Below, piece by piece: positions 63,508 to 64,000 of a stretch of DNA of 64,000 nt. The first letter of the stretch is position 1, and the number at the start of each line of letters is the position of its first letter. This DNA comes from Octopus bimaculoides. Taxonomy: Eukaryota. Below the pieces are notes generated by a model. That model had not been told where the DNA came from. It did not search any database and was given only the letters and a program-made list of their open reading frames with translations. The DNA is taken from contig NC_069001.1 of assembly GCF_001194135.2 (NCBI RefSeq), positions 35,209,680 to 35,273,679 of the forward strand, read 5' to 3'. Made by a program: the position numbers and the translations under genes.

Positions 63508-63910
63508 TGACTGTGGTAAGAAGCCTTGCTTCCCAACCACTTGTTTCTGTGTTCACTCCCACTGCATGACACCTTGGGCAAGTGTCTCTTACTATAGCCT
63601 CGAGCTGACCTCAGCCTTGTGAGTGGATTTGGTAGATGGAAACTGAAAGAAGCCTGTTGTATATATTATATATCTATATATATTTATATATTTGTACATA
63701 TTTTGCATCTGTGCTTGTCCCCCCTATCATCGCTTGTCTACTGATGTTGGTGTGTTTACATCCTCATAGCATAGTGGTTCAGCAAAAGAGACTGATAGAA
63801 TAAGTACTAGGCTTATGAAAAATAAGTCCTGGGTTCAGTTTGTTCGACTAAAGGCAGTGCTCCAGCATGGCTGCAGTCAAATAGCTGGAGCAGGTAAAAG
63901 AATAAAAGAA
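63508..63910 (+). mobile_element. SINE family B, full length
   Basis: Head to AAAAGAATAAAAGAA tail; an extra tail fragment follows at 63920-63960. Confidence 0.9.
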
Positions 63911-64000
63911 TATATATATGTGGTGCACCAGCATGACCGCAGCCACTTGGCTGAAACCCATAAATAAATAAATAAATAAATATACATATATATATATATA

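Noticed and set aside
64-63622. Nearly all ORFs in the six-frame track (YI/HT/CV/poly-M/poly-T/poly-V and X-containing)
   Set aside because: They are translations of microsatellites or read through N-gaps; no domain content.

Overview
AT-rich, microsatellite-saturated animal genomic DNA from a fragmented draft assembly (about 18 N-gaps). The repeat families I recognise by eye (tRNA-head SINEs, RTE 3' ends with (GAT)n tails, Dong/R4 LINE, mariner remnants) point to an octopus/coleoid genome; this is an inference, not a database result. Almost every ORF in the supplied track is a translation of microsatellites or N-runs. Real content: (i) three to four SINE families in more than 30 copies, some nested; (ii) decayed RTE, Dong/R4 and zinc-knuckle ORF1 LINE fragments, mariner remnants and TTAA-flanked MITEs; (iii) several weak to moderate + strand exon candidates of unidentified genes; (iv) the most interesting signals: a dispersed repeat family carrying a type I hammerhead-ribozyme-like fold with a roughly 57-nt insert in helix II (three full copies plus one half, two arranged as a 118-bp inverted repeat), two further minimal hammerhead-like motifs, two pre-miRNA-geometry hairpins in non-repetitive sequence, a textbook AG|GTAAG recursive-splice-like site, and a doubly nested inverted-repeat element. 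All coordinates and counts were done by hand and repeat boundaries are approximate.
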